Shown piece by piece: positions 1-8,830 of a stretch of DNA of 64,000 nt. The stretch is from the NCBI RefSeq assembly GCF_000250635.1, contig NC_016940.1, forward strand, positions 1,032,995-1,096,994, given 5' to 3'. How positions within the stretch are numbered: position 1 is the first letter of the stretch; each line of letters begins with the position of its first letter. The notes under the pieces are model-generated. The model saw only the letters and a program-made list of their open reading frames with translations. It did no database searches and was not told the DNA's origin. The translations under genes were made by a program, and so were the position numbers. This stretch comes from Saprospira grandis str. Lewin (GTDB taxonomy: Bacteria > Bacteroidota > Bacteroidia > Chitinophagales > Saprospiraceae).

Positions 1-492
1 ATCGGCACTGACCTTGGGCAAGCCCTGGCTAGGACCAAAGCCATAATTATAGAGGCTGAGATAGTCATTGGACAAAACCACCGGCACAAAGGGATCGCCC
101 TCGCTCCATTGGAAATCGCTGCTATCTATGTCGACATAATCTAGAGGGACCGACTGGCAGAACAGCAGGGTAGAAAAACCCAGCTGCGGCACACGGGCCA
201 TCAATTCGTAGCGATTGGAGCGAACGGGAGCCAAATCTTGGCAAAAGCCCTGGGCTCGAATATTGGCAATTTCTTCCTCACTAAAGCTTTTTTCTCCGCT
301 CAGGCCCTCTACCCTTTTTTGTAGGACCAAAAGATTTTCATCGCTAGCGCCATTGGCTAGCGTTTGTACATCCCAGAAAATTTGTAGGCTAAACAAAAGC
401 AGAAAGAGCCCCAAAAAAAGGCCAATAGCCGCTCCCCAAACTTGCCAGGGCGAGCGGCTTTTCCATAATAATTTTTGCAATAAAGGCTTCAT
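1..492 (-). CDS. membrane protein, N-terminal part only (continues past window start); possibly an FtsX/MacB-like permease
   Basis: Minus-strand frame is open from the ATG at 492..490 to the window edge. Translation MKPLLQKLLWKSRSPWQVWGAAIGLFLGLFLLLFSLQIFWDVQ... gives one N-terminal TM helix followed by a soluble domain. The +strand ORF 215..508 on the same DNA is rejected. Confidence 0.45.
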   Translation of the reverse strand, partial: MKPLLQKLLWKSRSPWQVWGAAIGLFLGLFLLLFSLQIFWDVQTLANGASDENLLVLQKRVEGLSGEKSFSEEEIANIRAQGFCQDLAPVRSNRYELMARVPQLGFSTLLFCQSVPLDYVDIDSSDFQWSEGDPFVPVVLSNDYLSLYNYGFGPSQGLPKVSAD

Positions 493-504
493 AGCATTGG
501 CAGC

Positions 505-1440
505 TTAGAGGAAGCGGCGGCGGATCCATTTGATAAAATCCTTGGCCAAATCCTGCTTTTCTTTTTTCATCCAGTCTCCTTCTGGAATCAATTTATTTTC
601 TAGATACTCTCGGGCCTGATTAAAGTCATCGGCCTTGCGGTTAAAGTAGTCAATGGCCTCATCAAAGCGGCTCGCATCGCCAGCAAAGAGCTCCCCAATA
701 TAGCGGAACCGTTGGCCCACCCCAATACTTCCTTTTAGGTCGCTGATGGGTTTTTGTTGCAAGCGGCTCATGAGGTCCGTAGCCTGCTTAAAGACAAAAA
801 GGGCCTCGTATTCGTCCTTATTAGCAGCTGCGGGCTCCTCTTTTGGGGCTTCGACAACAGGCAGCTCTTCTTCTTTGGGCGCTTCCTTTTCTACAATAGG
901 AACAGGCGGTTGTTCTTCTTCTTTGGGCGTTTCTACAACAGGAGTAGCGGGCTCTTCTACTTTCTCTTCTTCTTTTTCGCTAGACAGTTCTAGTTCGGGC
1001 AAAATTTCCTCGGGCAATTGAGCTTCTTCCTCTTTTGCTTCCTCAGTCGCCCGATGGCGTACTGGCTCAAGTTTTTCTTCTTCTAGAGCAGGCTGTTTGT
1101 CTTCTTCCTGAACTTTTTCCTCTACCAGAGGCGGTTCTACAGGAGCTGGAATTTCTTCTTTTGCCTTGGGTAGTTCTGGGGCTTGATTTAAGAAGATTTT
1201 TGGACCTGTTTTTTTAGGCGTTTCTTTTTTGGGGCTTTTGGGCGCTTCCTCTTTTTCTATTTTGGGCTCAGTCGTCAAGGCTGGAGTTTCCTCCTCCTTG
1301 GCCAAGGCCAATTCATAAAAGCCTCTAATTTTTTGTAGAACGAGATCTACCTCTAGTTGACTAATGGGTTGCGATTGCTCGATGCGCTCCAGTAGAATTT
1401 GGAACTGGGCAATCTCCTCTTTTAGGGCTTTAAGTTTCAT
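505..1440 (-). CDS. hypothetical protein with a central Pro/Glu/Lys-rich low-complexity region and a conserved C-terminal domain
   Basis: 311-aa ORF with a structured N-terminal coiled-coil, a PEKE-rich spacer, and a C-terminus ...DEAIDYFNRKADDFNQAREYLENK. No recognisable family. Confidence 0.5.
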   Translation of the reverse strand: MKLKALKEEIAQFQILLERIEQSQPISQLEVDLVLQKIRGFYELALAKEEETPALTTEPKIEKEEAPKSPKKETPKKTGPKIFLNQAPELPKAKEEIPAPVEPPLVEEKVQEEDKQPALEEEKLEPVRHRATEEAKEEEAQLPEEILPELELSSEKEEEKVEEPATPVVETPKEEEQPPVPIVEKEAPKEEELPVVEAPKEEPAAANKDEYEALFVFKQATDLMSRLQQKPISDLKGSIGVGQRFRYIGELFAGDASRFDEAIDYFNRKADDFNQAREYLENKLIPEGDWMKKEKQDLAKDFIKWIRRRFL

Positions 1441-1451
1441 GCTAATTTATT

Positions 1452-2054
1452 TTATGAGCAGCGGTTGGGCTGGTAATATGTTTCGTCAAGGGCAAAAAGT
1501 TCGGGATTTTTTCCCAGTATGTCCTTATAAAAGCACATAATTTCGGCCATATCCTTGGCAATATCTCCAGAAGGGTGAATGACCTTGCCAATTCCCCCTT
1601 CTTTTTTGGCATAATCTAGCCAACCGAGTAAGATAGGTACCTTTGCCTTTAGGGCCACATAATAAAAACCGGTTTTCCATTTGACCACCTTAGAGCGAGT
1701 TCCTTCAGGCTCCATAATAATACAAAGCCGTTCTTGGCCCTCAAATAAATTGGCAATAACGTCTACCATAGAAGGACGCTCCTCCCCTTCTTTTTTGGGC
1801 TTGCGGTTGATCCCAATTCCCCCCATCATCTTAAAAAACCAGCCAAAAGGGGGCCGCATATAATCATCTTTGATGGTGTACTTAATGGGAACGCCCAGCT
1901 CGGCCATAGCGGCCATCGTAATGGGATAGTCCCAGTTGGTGGTATGCGGGGCCGCAATAAGTACGCAGTTGCCTTGGGCCTCTTGGGGAATACTGGGGTG
2001 AATTTTCCAGCCCGCTAGTTTGAGGTAGAGTTGGCTAACTATTTTCTTAATCAT
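1452..2054 (-). CDS. lysophospholipid (1-acyl-glycerol-3-phosphate type) acyltransferase family protein
   Basis: HTTNWD matches the HX4D acyltransferase motif, and EPEGTRS matches the second acyltransferase motif. Confidence 0.6.
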   Translation of the reverse strand: MIKKIVSQLYLKLAGWKIHPSIPQEAQGNCVLIAAPHTTNWDYPITMAAMAELGVPIKYTIKDDYMRPPFGWFFKMMGGIGINRKPKKEGEERPSMVDVIANLFEGQERLCIIMEPEGTRSKVVKWKTGFYYVALKAKVPILLGWLDYAKKEGGIGKVIHPSGDIAKDMAEIMCFYKDILGKNPELFALDETYYQPNRCS

Positions 2055-2142
2055 TGTTTTTATTTTTTTTCAAAAATACAACTAAAAAAAGAGGCTTTTC
2101 GTCAGAGGAGTATATTTAGTAATCATTTAATATCCCCCTCCT

Positions 2143-2658
2143 ATGAAAAACTTATTCTTTCTGGCCCTGGCCCTTCTCGGCCTTGGCCTCTCTTCCTGCC
2201 AAGAAGATAAAGAAGGCTACCTAGAGATTTCAAATATCAAACTACTTAACTATAACGAGTTCGATAAGTCATACTACGGCTATTATGGTCAGTTTTCTTG
2301 GGTAAATTGGGATCCAGAACTGCCCGGAAAAGCAGAAGCGAAATATCCCGATATTTTTGCTCGGGTCTATTTTCGTTATTCTAGCCGTAGAGTAGATACG
2401 ATCGTAAAGGAAACAAGAGTCTTGCATAATTGTCCCCATGGCCAAGAAGTCTACCTCCCCTTACAGAAAATGTCCTTTCCAGATGATACGGAAGCAACTG
2501 TTAGTATTCTGCTCGTAGACCATGATGAAGATAACTATCACAGAGGGATGCACTCCTTTAGGTTTACTCCAGCAGGACTCAAAAGAGACCAAATCGAAAC
2601 CGCCTATATTACAAGCGATGAAAATGGGGTCCTCCGATTTGATGTCAGCTACCACTAA
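2143..2658 (+). CDS. small lipoprotein, member 1 of a tandem paralog array
   Basis: Signal peptide plus lipobox MKNLFFLALALLGLGLSSCQ. The CCCCCTCCTATGAAAAA start context is shared by all four genes. The mature body resembles gene 3. Confidence 0.7.
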   Translation: MKNLFFLALALLGLGLSSCQEDKEGYLEISNIKLLNYNEFDKSYYGYYGQFSWVNWDPELPGKAEAKYPDIFARVYFRYSSRRVDTIVKETRVLHNCPHGQEVYLPLQKMSFPDDTEATVSILLVDHDEDNYHRGMHSFRFTPAGLKRDQIETAYITSDENGVLRFDVSYH

Positions 2659-2708
2659 CATGAGTAAGCAAAAGCTTTTTTAATTAAAAAAACATATCCC
2701 CCCCTCCT

Positions 2709-3248
2709 ATGAAAAATTTATTCTTTCTGGCCCTGGCCCTTCTCGGCCTTAGCCTCTCTTCCTGCCAAAAGGAAGAGGACCTTTCTCCCGCCGCCCCCTG
2801 TACTGACTGTATCGAAATTCTAAATATTCGGCTGCATAATTACATGGAGTTTAAGCTCTATGGTTACTACAACCACGTTTGGGACCATTGGGATAGAGAG
2901 GAAAGCTCTGCAATAGAAAAACGCCCAGACCTCTTTGTTCGCATTAGAGACGACACCTACTCCCAAAGAAGATACATCTATGAGGGAAGCATCTTAGCAG
3001 AGAACGCTCCTAGAGATTCTACCATTTTACTTACTGCCGAAAGCATATTTATTCCCGCCGACTCCTTTCCGAATGCTCGCATTCAAATAATGGATCAAGA
3101 CTATAGATCGAACATAAACCGATGGTATCATGATGAGGTAGGCAATTTTTACTTTAACCCTAGAGAAATTATGGATGACAAAATTTCCCATATCGTCCGT
3201 GGCCAAAGCGATGAAACTCAGATCAGTTTTGATGTTAAATTTCACTAA
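2709..3248 (+). CDS. small lipoprotein, paralog 2
   Basis: Signal peptide identical to gene 1. The mature N-terminus KEEDLSPAAPCTDCIEI is identical at nucleotide level to gene 4. Confidence 0.7.
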   Translation: MKNLFFLALALLGLSLSSCQKEEDLSPAAPCTDCIEILNIRLHNYMEFKLYGYYNHVWDHWDREESSAIEKRPDLFVRIRDDTYSQRRYIYEGSILAENAPRDSTILLTAESIFIPADSFPNARIQIMDQDYRSNINRWYHDEVGNFYFNPREIMDDKISHIVRGQSDETQISFDVKFH

Positions 3249-3262
3249 CTCCCCCCCCTCCT

Positions 3263-3799
3263 ATGAAAAACTTACTCTTTTTAACACTGGCCCTTATCGG
3301 CCTTGGCCTCTCTTCCTGCCAAAAGGAAGAAGCTCCATTAGCCCCAGTAGAACTTACTGGCATTACCTTATTAAACTATAATGAATTTAAGTCCGTTTAT
3401 TCGTACCAATATGCTACCTACTCCCGGGAAAGCTGGGATGAAGATGTTCCTGGACGGCCCCAAGAGAAATATGCCGATGTTTTTGTCCATGTTTATTACC
3501 GCCGTTCTCCTTATCAGGTAGATACACTGCTAAAAGGAAGAAATATCCTACATAATTGGCCCTATGACCAAAGTGCCAACATCCCCATCAGTCCTATAGC
3601 ATTTGAAACTGGAACAGAAGCAATGGTTGAAATCCGACTACTAGACTATGATGAAGCGGGTGCCCATGAAGTGATTGACACTTTTCTTTTTTCTATGGCA
3701 GCAGTCAGAAGAAACCAAATGGAAACGGCCTATCTTTCTACCTATAGCCATAATGCTAATACTGGCAGTAATATCCGCATAGATGTCAACTATAATTAA
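3263..3799 (+). CDS. small lipoprotein, paralog 3
   Basis: Lipoprotein signal MKNLLFLTLALIGLGLSSCQ. The body is similar to gene 1 (LLNYNEF..., ...KYADVFVHVYYRR...). Confidence 0.7.
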   Translation: MKNLLFLTLALIGLGLSSCQKEEAPLAPVELTGITLLNYNEFKSVYSYQYATYSRESWDEDVPGRPQEKYADVFVHVYYRRSPYQVDTLLKGRNILHNWPYDQSANIPISPIAFETGTEAMVEIRLLDYDEAGAHEVIDTFLFSMAAVRRNQMETAYLSTYSHNANTGSNIRIDVNYN

Positions 3800-3820
3800 A
3801 AAAACATATCCCTCCCTCCT

Positions 3821-4360
3821 ATGAAAAAATTACTCTTTTTAACACTAGCCCTTATCGGCCTTAGCCTCTCTTCCTGCCAAAAGGAAGAGGACCTTTCTCC
3901 CGCCGCCCCCTGTACTGACTGTATCGAAATTAGCAGTGTTCAATTACTTTACTATACGCATCTGGCCCCCTATTCTTACTATGGCCCTAGAGATTACTGG
4001 GATAGATATGCGACTAACCCAGAAGACCGCGCCCCCGATCTTTATGTAGCAATAACGGAGGTAGTCGAACGCGGCTATGACGCAACTACCCTTTGTAGCT
4101 CTCCTCCCATACAAAACTGCCCCTCTCTTCCAGGTTTACCAATGGATCTTCCCAAAGTGTATATCGATAATGATAGCGAATATGAGTACGCCATCTCTGT
4201 GATAGATGAGGATGTAAGTGAAGGAGAACATTACAACCGAGGTATGGCCCACTTTTATATTACAGCTACTGAGCTCAAGCGGACAAAGCCAGACTCCCTT
4301 ATTTTGGAAAGCCCTCAATACAATAATGCAGCCCTTCTCCTACTACTAAAATACCACTAA
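3821..4360 (+). CDS. small lipoprotein, paralog 4
   Basis: Signal peptide identical to gene 3. The first ~17 mature residues are identical to gene 2, so the family is mosaic. Confidence 0.7.
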   Translation: MKKLLFLTLALIGLSLSSCQKEEDLSPAAPCTDCIEISSVQLLYYTHLAPYSYYGPRDYWDRYATNPEDRAPDLYVAITEVVERGYDATTLCSSPPIQNCPSLPGLPMDLPKVYIDNDSEYEYAISVIDEDVSEGEHYNRGMAHFYITATELKRTKPDSLILESPQYNNAALLLLLKYH

Positions 4361-4367
4361 GCCCTAA

Positions 4368-4401
4368 GTCCCTGCATTACATTTAAACAGGGGCTTTTTT
4401 G
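4368..4401 (+). terminator. putative rho-independent terminator after the lipoprotein array
   Basis: Stem tccctg...cagggg followed by cttttttgg. Confidence 0.4.
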
Positions 4402-4703
4402 GCCCATAAAAAAAGCATCCTGGCGCTGCTACACCAAGATGCCCAATAGGCTTACACCTATTCTCATGAAAAATCTACTAATTGTAAGGGTAAGCTGCTT
4501 TATTTCTTACCCTTTGCTGCTTAGCTAAGATAAGGATTTATTCTTAATAGGCCCTTATTTTAAAAGAACTTTATCATTTCCATTAAAAAGCTAATAATCA
4601 ATATTCTTACAAGCAGCCCAGAAGCCCTATTGACAGCGGAGTAAATCCCCCTTTTCCAATATTTTATTTTAATTTTGTGCCCTAACCATCAGACCTCTCC
4701 TCT

Positions 4704-5846
4704 ATGTCGGCACTCTATATCCATATCCCCTTTTGCAAACAAGCTTGCCATTATTGCAATTTCCACTTCTCTACTTCCCTAAAATATAAAGGGCAGATGC
4801 TTGAAGCCATTAGCAAAGAGCTGCTCCTGCAAAAAGATTATCTCCAAGGCGCCGAACTACAATCGGTCTATTTTGGCGGAGGTACCCCCTCCCTGCTCTC
4901 CGCCGCCGAGATTAACCAACTCTGGTCCATTATCGAAACACATTACCCCCTCGGCCAAAATATGGAGGTGACCCTAGAGGCTAATCCAGATGATATGTGC
5001 CTCGATAAACTCCGTAGCTATAAGTTACATACGCCTATCAATCGCCTCAGCATCGGCCTGCAATCCTTTTTGCCCGAAGAACTGAGCTATATGAACCGCG
5101 CCCACTCCGCAGAAGAAGCCGAAAACTGCCTGGCCAACGCCCTGGCCGTGGGCTTCAACCAACTTTCTGTAGACCTTATCTATGGCGGCCCCTTCCTCTC
5201 TGATGAGGATTGGCGAAAAACAATCCGAAAACTCTTTGCCTTTCAGGTCCCTCACCTCTCCGCCTATGCTCTCACCCTAGAACCCAATACCCCCCTCGAA
5301 CACCTTATCCGACGAAAGAAGTTGCCCACCCTAGATGAAGATAAAGCCGCCCGACATTTCGAAATCCTCCTCGAAGAATGCCAACTTCACAACTATGAGC
5401 AGTATGAGATTTCTAATTTCTGCCGCAATGAACAGTATGCCCAACATAATTCGGCTTACTGGAAAAGTCGCCCATATCTAGGCATCGGCCCCTCGGCCCA
5501 TAGCTTCAATGGCCATAGCCGACAATGGAATATCGCTCATAATATGAAGTATATCAAGGCCCTAGAAAGTAATGAATTGCTCTTCGAAATAGAGGAGCTC
5601 TCCCCAATAGAACAATTTAATGAGCTGCTCATGACCCGCCTGCGCACCAAATGGGGCCTCTCGCTCTTAGAGGTGGAACAACGCTGGGGAACAGCCACTA
5701 AAACTCAATTGCTGCAAACTATTCAGCCCTTTATTCAAGATGATTTGGCCCAGCTCCAAAATGAACATGTCTATCTCAGCAATGCAGGCAAACTCCTTAG
5801 CGACCATATTATTGCCGAGCTGTTTCTAGAGGATAGCCCTGCCTAA
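4704..5846 (+). CDS. hemW: radical SAM heme chaperone HemW (HemN-like, oxygen-independent coproporphyrinogen oxidase family)
   Basis: N-terminal LYIHIPFCKQACHYCNF CX3CX2C radical-SAM motif; length 380 aa; HemW-like C-terminal domain. Confidence 0.8.
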   Translation: MSALYIHIPFCKQACHYCNFHFSTSLKYKGQMLEAISKELLLQKDYLQGAELQSVYFGGGTPSLLSAAEINQLWSIIETHYPLGQNMEVTLEANPDDMCLDKLRSYKLHTPINRLSIGLQSFLPEELSYMNRAHSAEEAENCLANALAVGFNQLSVDLIYGGPFLSDEDWRKTIRKLFAFQVPHLSAYALTLEPNTPLEHLIRRKKLPTLDEDKAARHFEILLEECQLHNYEQYEISNFCRNEQYAQHNSAYWKSRPYLGIGPSAHSFNGHSRQWNIAHNMKYIKALESNELLFEIEELSPIEQFNELLMTRLRTKWGLSLLEVEQRWGTATKTQLLQTIQPFIQDDLAQLQNEHVYLSNAGKLLSDHIIAELFLEDSPA

Positions 5847-5864
5847 GTTTTCTTTTCTTCTGCT

Positions 5865-6201
5865 TTTTTGGGGCTGCCCCTGCGGCCTGTGGCCTTGGGT
5901 CGGGCCATTGCGCAGCTCGCAGGTCTGCTCGGCCCTTCGGCGCTTGCAGCGCCTCGGTCTGCCGCCTGCGGCGGCCCTGCTACAGCCCCTCAGCCGAGGC
6001 GCTGCGCGCCTTTGCGGCGGCTTCGCCGCCTGCTATACGCAAAACGGACCGCCAAGTTCTTGGCGGTCCGTTTCTATTTGGCCTAGGGGCCTGAAAGGGT
6101 GCCGCGAAGCGGCAGACCCAGCAGGCGAAGCCTGCGCAGGGCCGAGCAGACCTGCGAGCCCTGAAAGGGCCCGGCCGCCAAAGGCGGCAGGCCCCAAAAA
6201 A
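5865..6201. repeat. GC-rich REP-like palindromic element (composite, two inverted units)
   Basis: Contains the family cores gcgcagctcgcaggtctgctcggccc, ggtctgccgcctgcggcggccctgctacagcccctcagcc, and the inverted ggccgagcagacctgcgagccc with ggcaggccccaaaaaa. GC content is far above the flanks. Confidence 0.8.
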
Positions 6202-6203
6202 TC

Positions 6204-7652
6204 CTACTTCAACTGCCCTAAAGCATCTAGCAAATAAGCCCAGAATTTCTGTACCGAACTGATCTGTACCCGCTCATCAGGAGAATGCGCCCCCCGAATG
6301 TTGGGCCCAAAAGAAATCATCTGCATCTCCGGATAATGACGGCCCAAAATACCACACTCCAAACCCGCATGACAGGCATTTACATCGGGCTCCTCCTCAA
6401 AACGATCAAGGAAAAGCTGACGCATTTGGTCCACCAAACTAGAAGCCGGCAAAGGCTCCCAACCCGGATAACTGCCCGACAACTGCGTGTCGGCCCCCAA
6501 TAGTTCATACAATCCCTGAATGCTCTCGGCCAAAGCCCATTTCTCCGTGTCTACGGAGCTCCGACAAAGGCAAAGCACACTGTATTCCCCATTTTTGACC
6601 AGCAAACGCGCCAAGTTATTAGAGGTTTGGACCAAGCCCTCTATCTCGGGACTCATTCTGAAGATGCCGTTGGGCGTAGCCAATACCGCCGATAATAGGG
6701 CTTTTTGCTCCGCTTCTCCCAACTTGATGGCCGGTAGAGCTACCTCCTCTGCAGTGAAGCTAAGGCCGGGGTCAGTGCTGGCATATTCCGCCTTGAGCTC
6801 GGCCTCCAAAGCTGCTAGTTGTTCTTTGCATTGGGCCGCTTCTGCCTTGGGCAAAACCACAATAGCCCAGGCCTCTCGGGGAATCGCATTGCGCAATCCT
6901 CCCCCATCAAATTGGGCCAAAGACAAGGGAGAAAGCGCCCGAAGAACACGGGCCAATAATAGGTTGGCATTGCCCAAACCCTTAATAATATCCATACCCG
7001 AATGTCCACCACTCAAGCCTTTCAAACTGATTTTTAAGGCCAAATCTTCTTCTGCCCCTAAGGCCATAGGCGTATAGCTGCCCGCTACCGAGATATCTAC
7101 CCCACCAGCACAACCAATAGTCAATTCTTTGTCGTCTTCTGTGTCCAGATTGAGCAAGTAATCTGACTTTAACCAGTTGGGGCCCAAGCCCAAAGCACCC
7201 GTCATCCCCGTCTCTTCATCTATGGTAAATAGGGCCTCCAAAGGCGGATGCGGAATATCCGTACTGGCCAATAGGGCCATAATAGCCGCCACGCCAATGC
7301 CATTATCTGCCCCCAAGGTGGTGCCCTTGGCCTTTACCCAATCCCCCTCTACATACATCTCGATACCCTGGCTCGAAAAATCAAAATCGGTATCCGCATT
7401 CTTCTGATGCACCATGTCCAAATGGCTCTGTAAAAGAATAGTGGGACGGTCCTCTAGACCTGCTGTGGCTGGCTTTCGGACCAAAATATTCCCAACTTCA
7501 TCCTCCTCGGCCACTAATCCCAATTTGGATACATATTCACGCATAAATGCACATACCGCCTCCTCTTTTTTAGAGGGCCGAGGCACCGCATTTAGCTGAC
7601 TAAAGGCCTCCCATAATGCTTTTGGGGCCAATTCTGCTACTTTCTGACTCAT
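6204..7652 (-). CDS. pepD: aminoacyl-histidine dipeptidase (Xaa-His dipeptidase, peptidase M20C)
   Basis: 482 aa, HLDMV metal-binding motif, overall PepD-like organisation. Confidence 0.75.
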   Translation of the reverse strand: MSQKVAELAPKALWEAFSQLNAVPRPSKKEEAVCAFMREYVSKLGLVAEEDEVGNILVRKPATAGLEDRPTILLQSHLDMVHQKNADTDFDFSSQGIEMYVEGDWVKAKGTTLGADNGIGVAAIMALLASTDIPHPPLEALFTIDEETGMTGALGLGPNWLKSDYLLNLDTEDDKELTIGCAGGVDISVAGSYTPMALGAEEDLALKISLKGLSGGHSGMDIIKGLGNANLLLARVLRALSPLSLAQFDGGGLRNAIPREAWAIVVLPKAEAAQCKEQLAALEAELKAEYASTDPGLSFTAEEVALPAIKLGEAEQKALLSAVLATPNGIFRMSPEIEGLVQTSNNLARLLVKNGEYSVLCLCRSSVDTEKWALAESIQGLYELLGADTQLSGSYPGWEPLPASSLVDQMRQLFLDRFEEEPDVNACHAGLECGILGRHYPEMQMISFGPNIRGAHSPDERVQISSVQKFWAYLLDALGQLK

Positions 7653-7740
7653 GATTATATAGTATATTTGTTAGGCCAAAAAGCTAAGGAAAATTTAGAT
7701 AATGCCAAGGGATAAGCCCTATTTCTATCTGGCTTTTGCC

Positions 7741-8215
7741 TTTTATTTCGACGAAGGGCTTACCGTAATCCTTAGGAGGGCTTACTCTACCCCTTTCAAG
7801 GGGTTCAGCTAGCCATACCGAGGGCTTGTCGTAGTCCTCCCGAGGGGTTCAACTAGCCATACCGAGGGGGTGCTCTACCCCTCTCAAGAGGTTCAGCTAG
7901 CCCTACCGAGGGGTTACTCTACCCATCTCGAGGGGTTACCTTAGCCCTCTCGAGGGGTGCTCTCCCCCTCTCAAGGGGTTTAACTAGCCCTCCCGAGGGG
8001 ATACGCTAGCCCTCTCAAGGGGAGCAACTAGTACTACTGATGGGGCACTCTAGCCCTCCCAGGGGTTTGCCTTAGCCCTCCTGATGGGGTACGCTAGCCC
8101 TCTCAAGGGGGGCACCTAGCCATACCGAGGGGGTGCTCTCCCCCTCTACAGGACTTCCCCTGATCCTTCAGAGGGTCGTTCTTAGTCCTCAGAGGGATTC
8201 ATGCCCCCCCAGAAC
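7741..8215. repeat. degenerate tandem array of about 20 units of ~22 bp, each with a ccctc(t)cgagggg mini-palindrome
   Basis: Visible units include ctagccctctcgaggggttacc, ctagccctcccgaggggatacg and ctagccctctcaaggggagcaa. Non-coding. Confidence 0.8.
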
Positions 8216-8224
8216 TTTAGTTAA

Positions 8225-8440
8225 AGAAGCCCTAAAGAGGACCTAAACAAGTCCTAGCGAGGACTAGGGGCCAATCAAAAGAGGGCTTGGGCAAGCCCTA
8301 AAGACCATTTAGTCTATAGCAATTGAGGACTTGCCTAAGTCCATTCGAGGAGGTAGTAAAATGGAAGCGAGGACTTGCCTAGGTCCTGCGGAGGACCTAG
8401 GCAACATCAACGGAGGACCTATGAAAGTGCTACTGAGGGG
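8225..8440. repeat. hairpin-rich spacer with repeated gaggac..gtcctc stem-loops
   Basis: Repeats such as gaggacctaaacaagtcct and gaggacttgcctaagtcc / gaggacttgcctaggtcc, plus agggcttgggcaagccct. Confidence 0.6.
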
Positions 8441-8470
8441 GTAGAGTAATCCAAATGGCCAATTATGGGG

Positions 8471-8735
8471 CTCTTCAGGATTTTGTGTATTAGAATAAAA
8501 TTTGGGCCTTTAGCTTGTTGGGATTTAGCCAATAGTCGCCCAGGGACAAGCCCCTAGGCTAATCCAATGGAGTCAGCCCTCTTCGAGGGCCTCAACTGTT
8601 GATATACAAGGCCTTGTTCAGTTGTTATCGCAGAGAAAAACCTTATCCAAAGGCCCTCTTTAGAGGGCTGTCTGAAAAAGCTAGCCTAGGGGCTTGTCCC
8701 TAGGCAGCAAAAAGGAGAAACACAAAATTTTAAAC
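8471..8735 (+). mobile_element. 265-bp MITE-like element with terminal inverted repeats, copy 1
   Basis: About 90% identical to 43453..43716. Outer ends ggattttgtgt ... acacaaaatttt; inner inverted repeat tagtcgcccagggacaagcccctaggc ... gcctaggggcttgtccctaggc. No ORF. Confidence 0.65.
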
Positions 8736-8830
8736 AGACTCCAATTACAGTCTAATTAGTAAGATCTAGCTAAAAGCCCCCTTCTTTTATTTCTAAGATA
8801 AAAAGCAGACCTTGGGCAAAAATCAGTCAT

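Noticed and set aside
215-508. +strand ORF of 97 aa
   Set aside because: Low-complexity, basic, RNA-like composition. The opposite strand carries a convincing TM-containing ORF that is open to the window edge.
5868-6237. ORFs 5868..6086 and 5908..6237, and similar Ala/Arg/Pro/Gly-rich ORFs at 12119.., 19683.., 19751.., 19797.., 21324.., 21374.., 24475.., 25986.., 28367.., 36043.., 36050.., 36401.., 36409.., 36429.., 41851.., 46249.., 46292.., 47239.., 47243.., 47339.., 50613.., 50637.., 53983.., 56738.., 58032.., 58042.., 61399.., 62060.., 62181..
   Set aside because: All lie entirely inside the GC-rich REP-like repeats and are translations of the same repeat in different frames and orientations. 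There is no independent coding signal.
7741-8215. Possible CRISPR-like array
   Set aside because: The units are contiguous and degenerate, with no spacer/repeat alternation.
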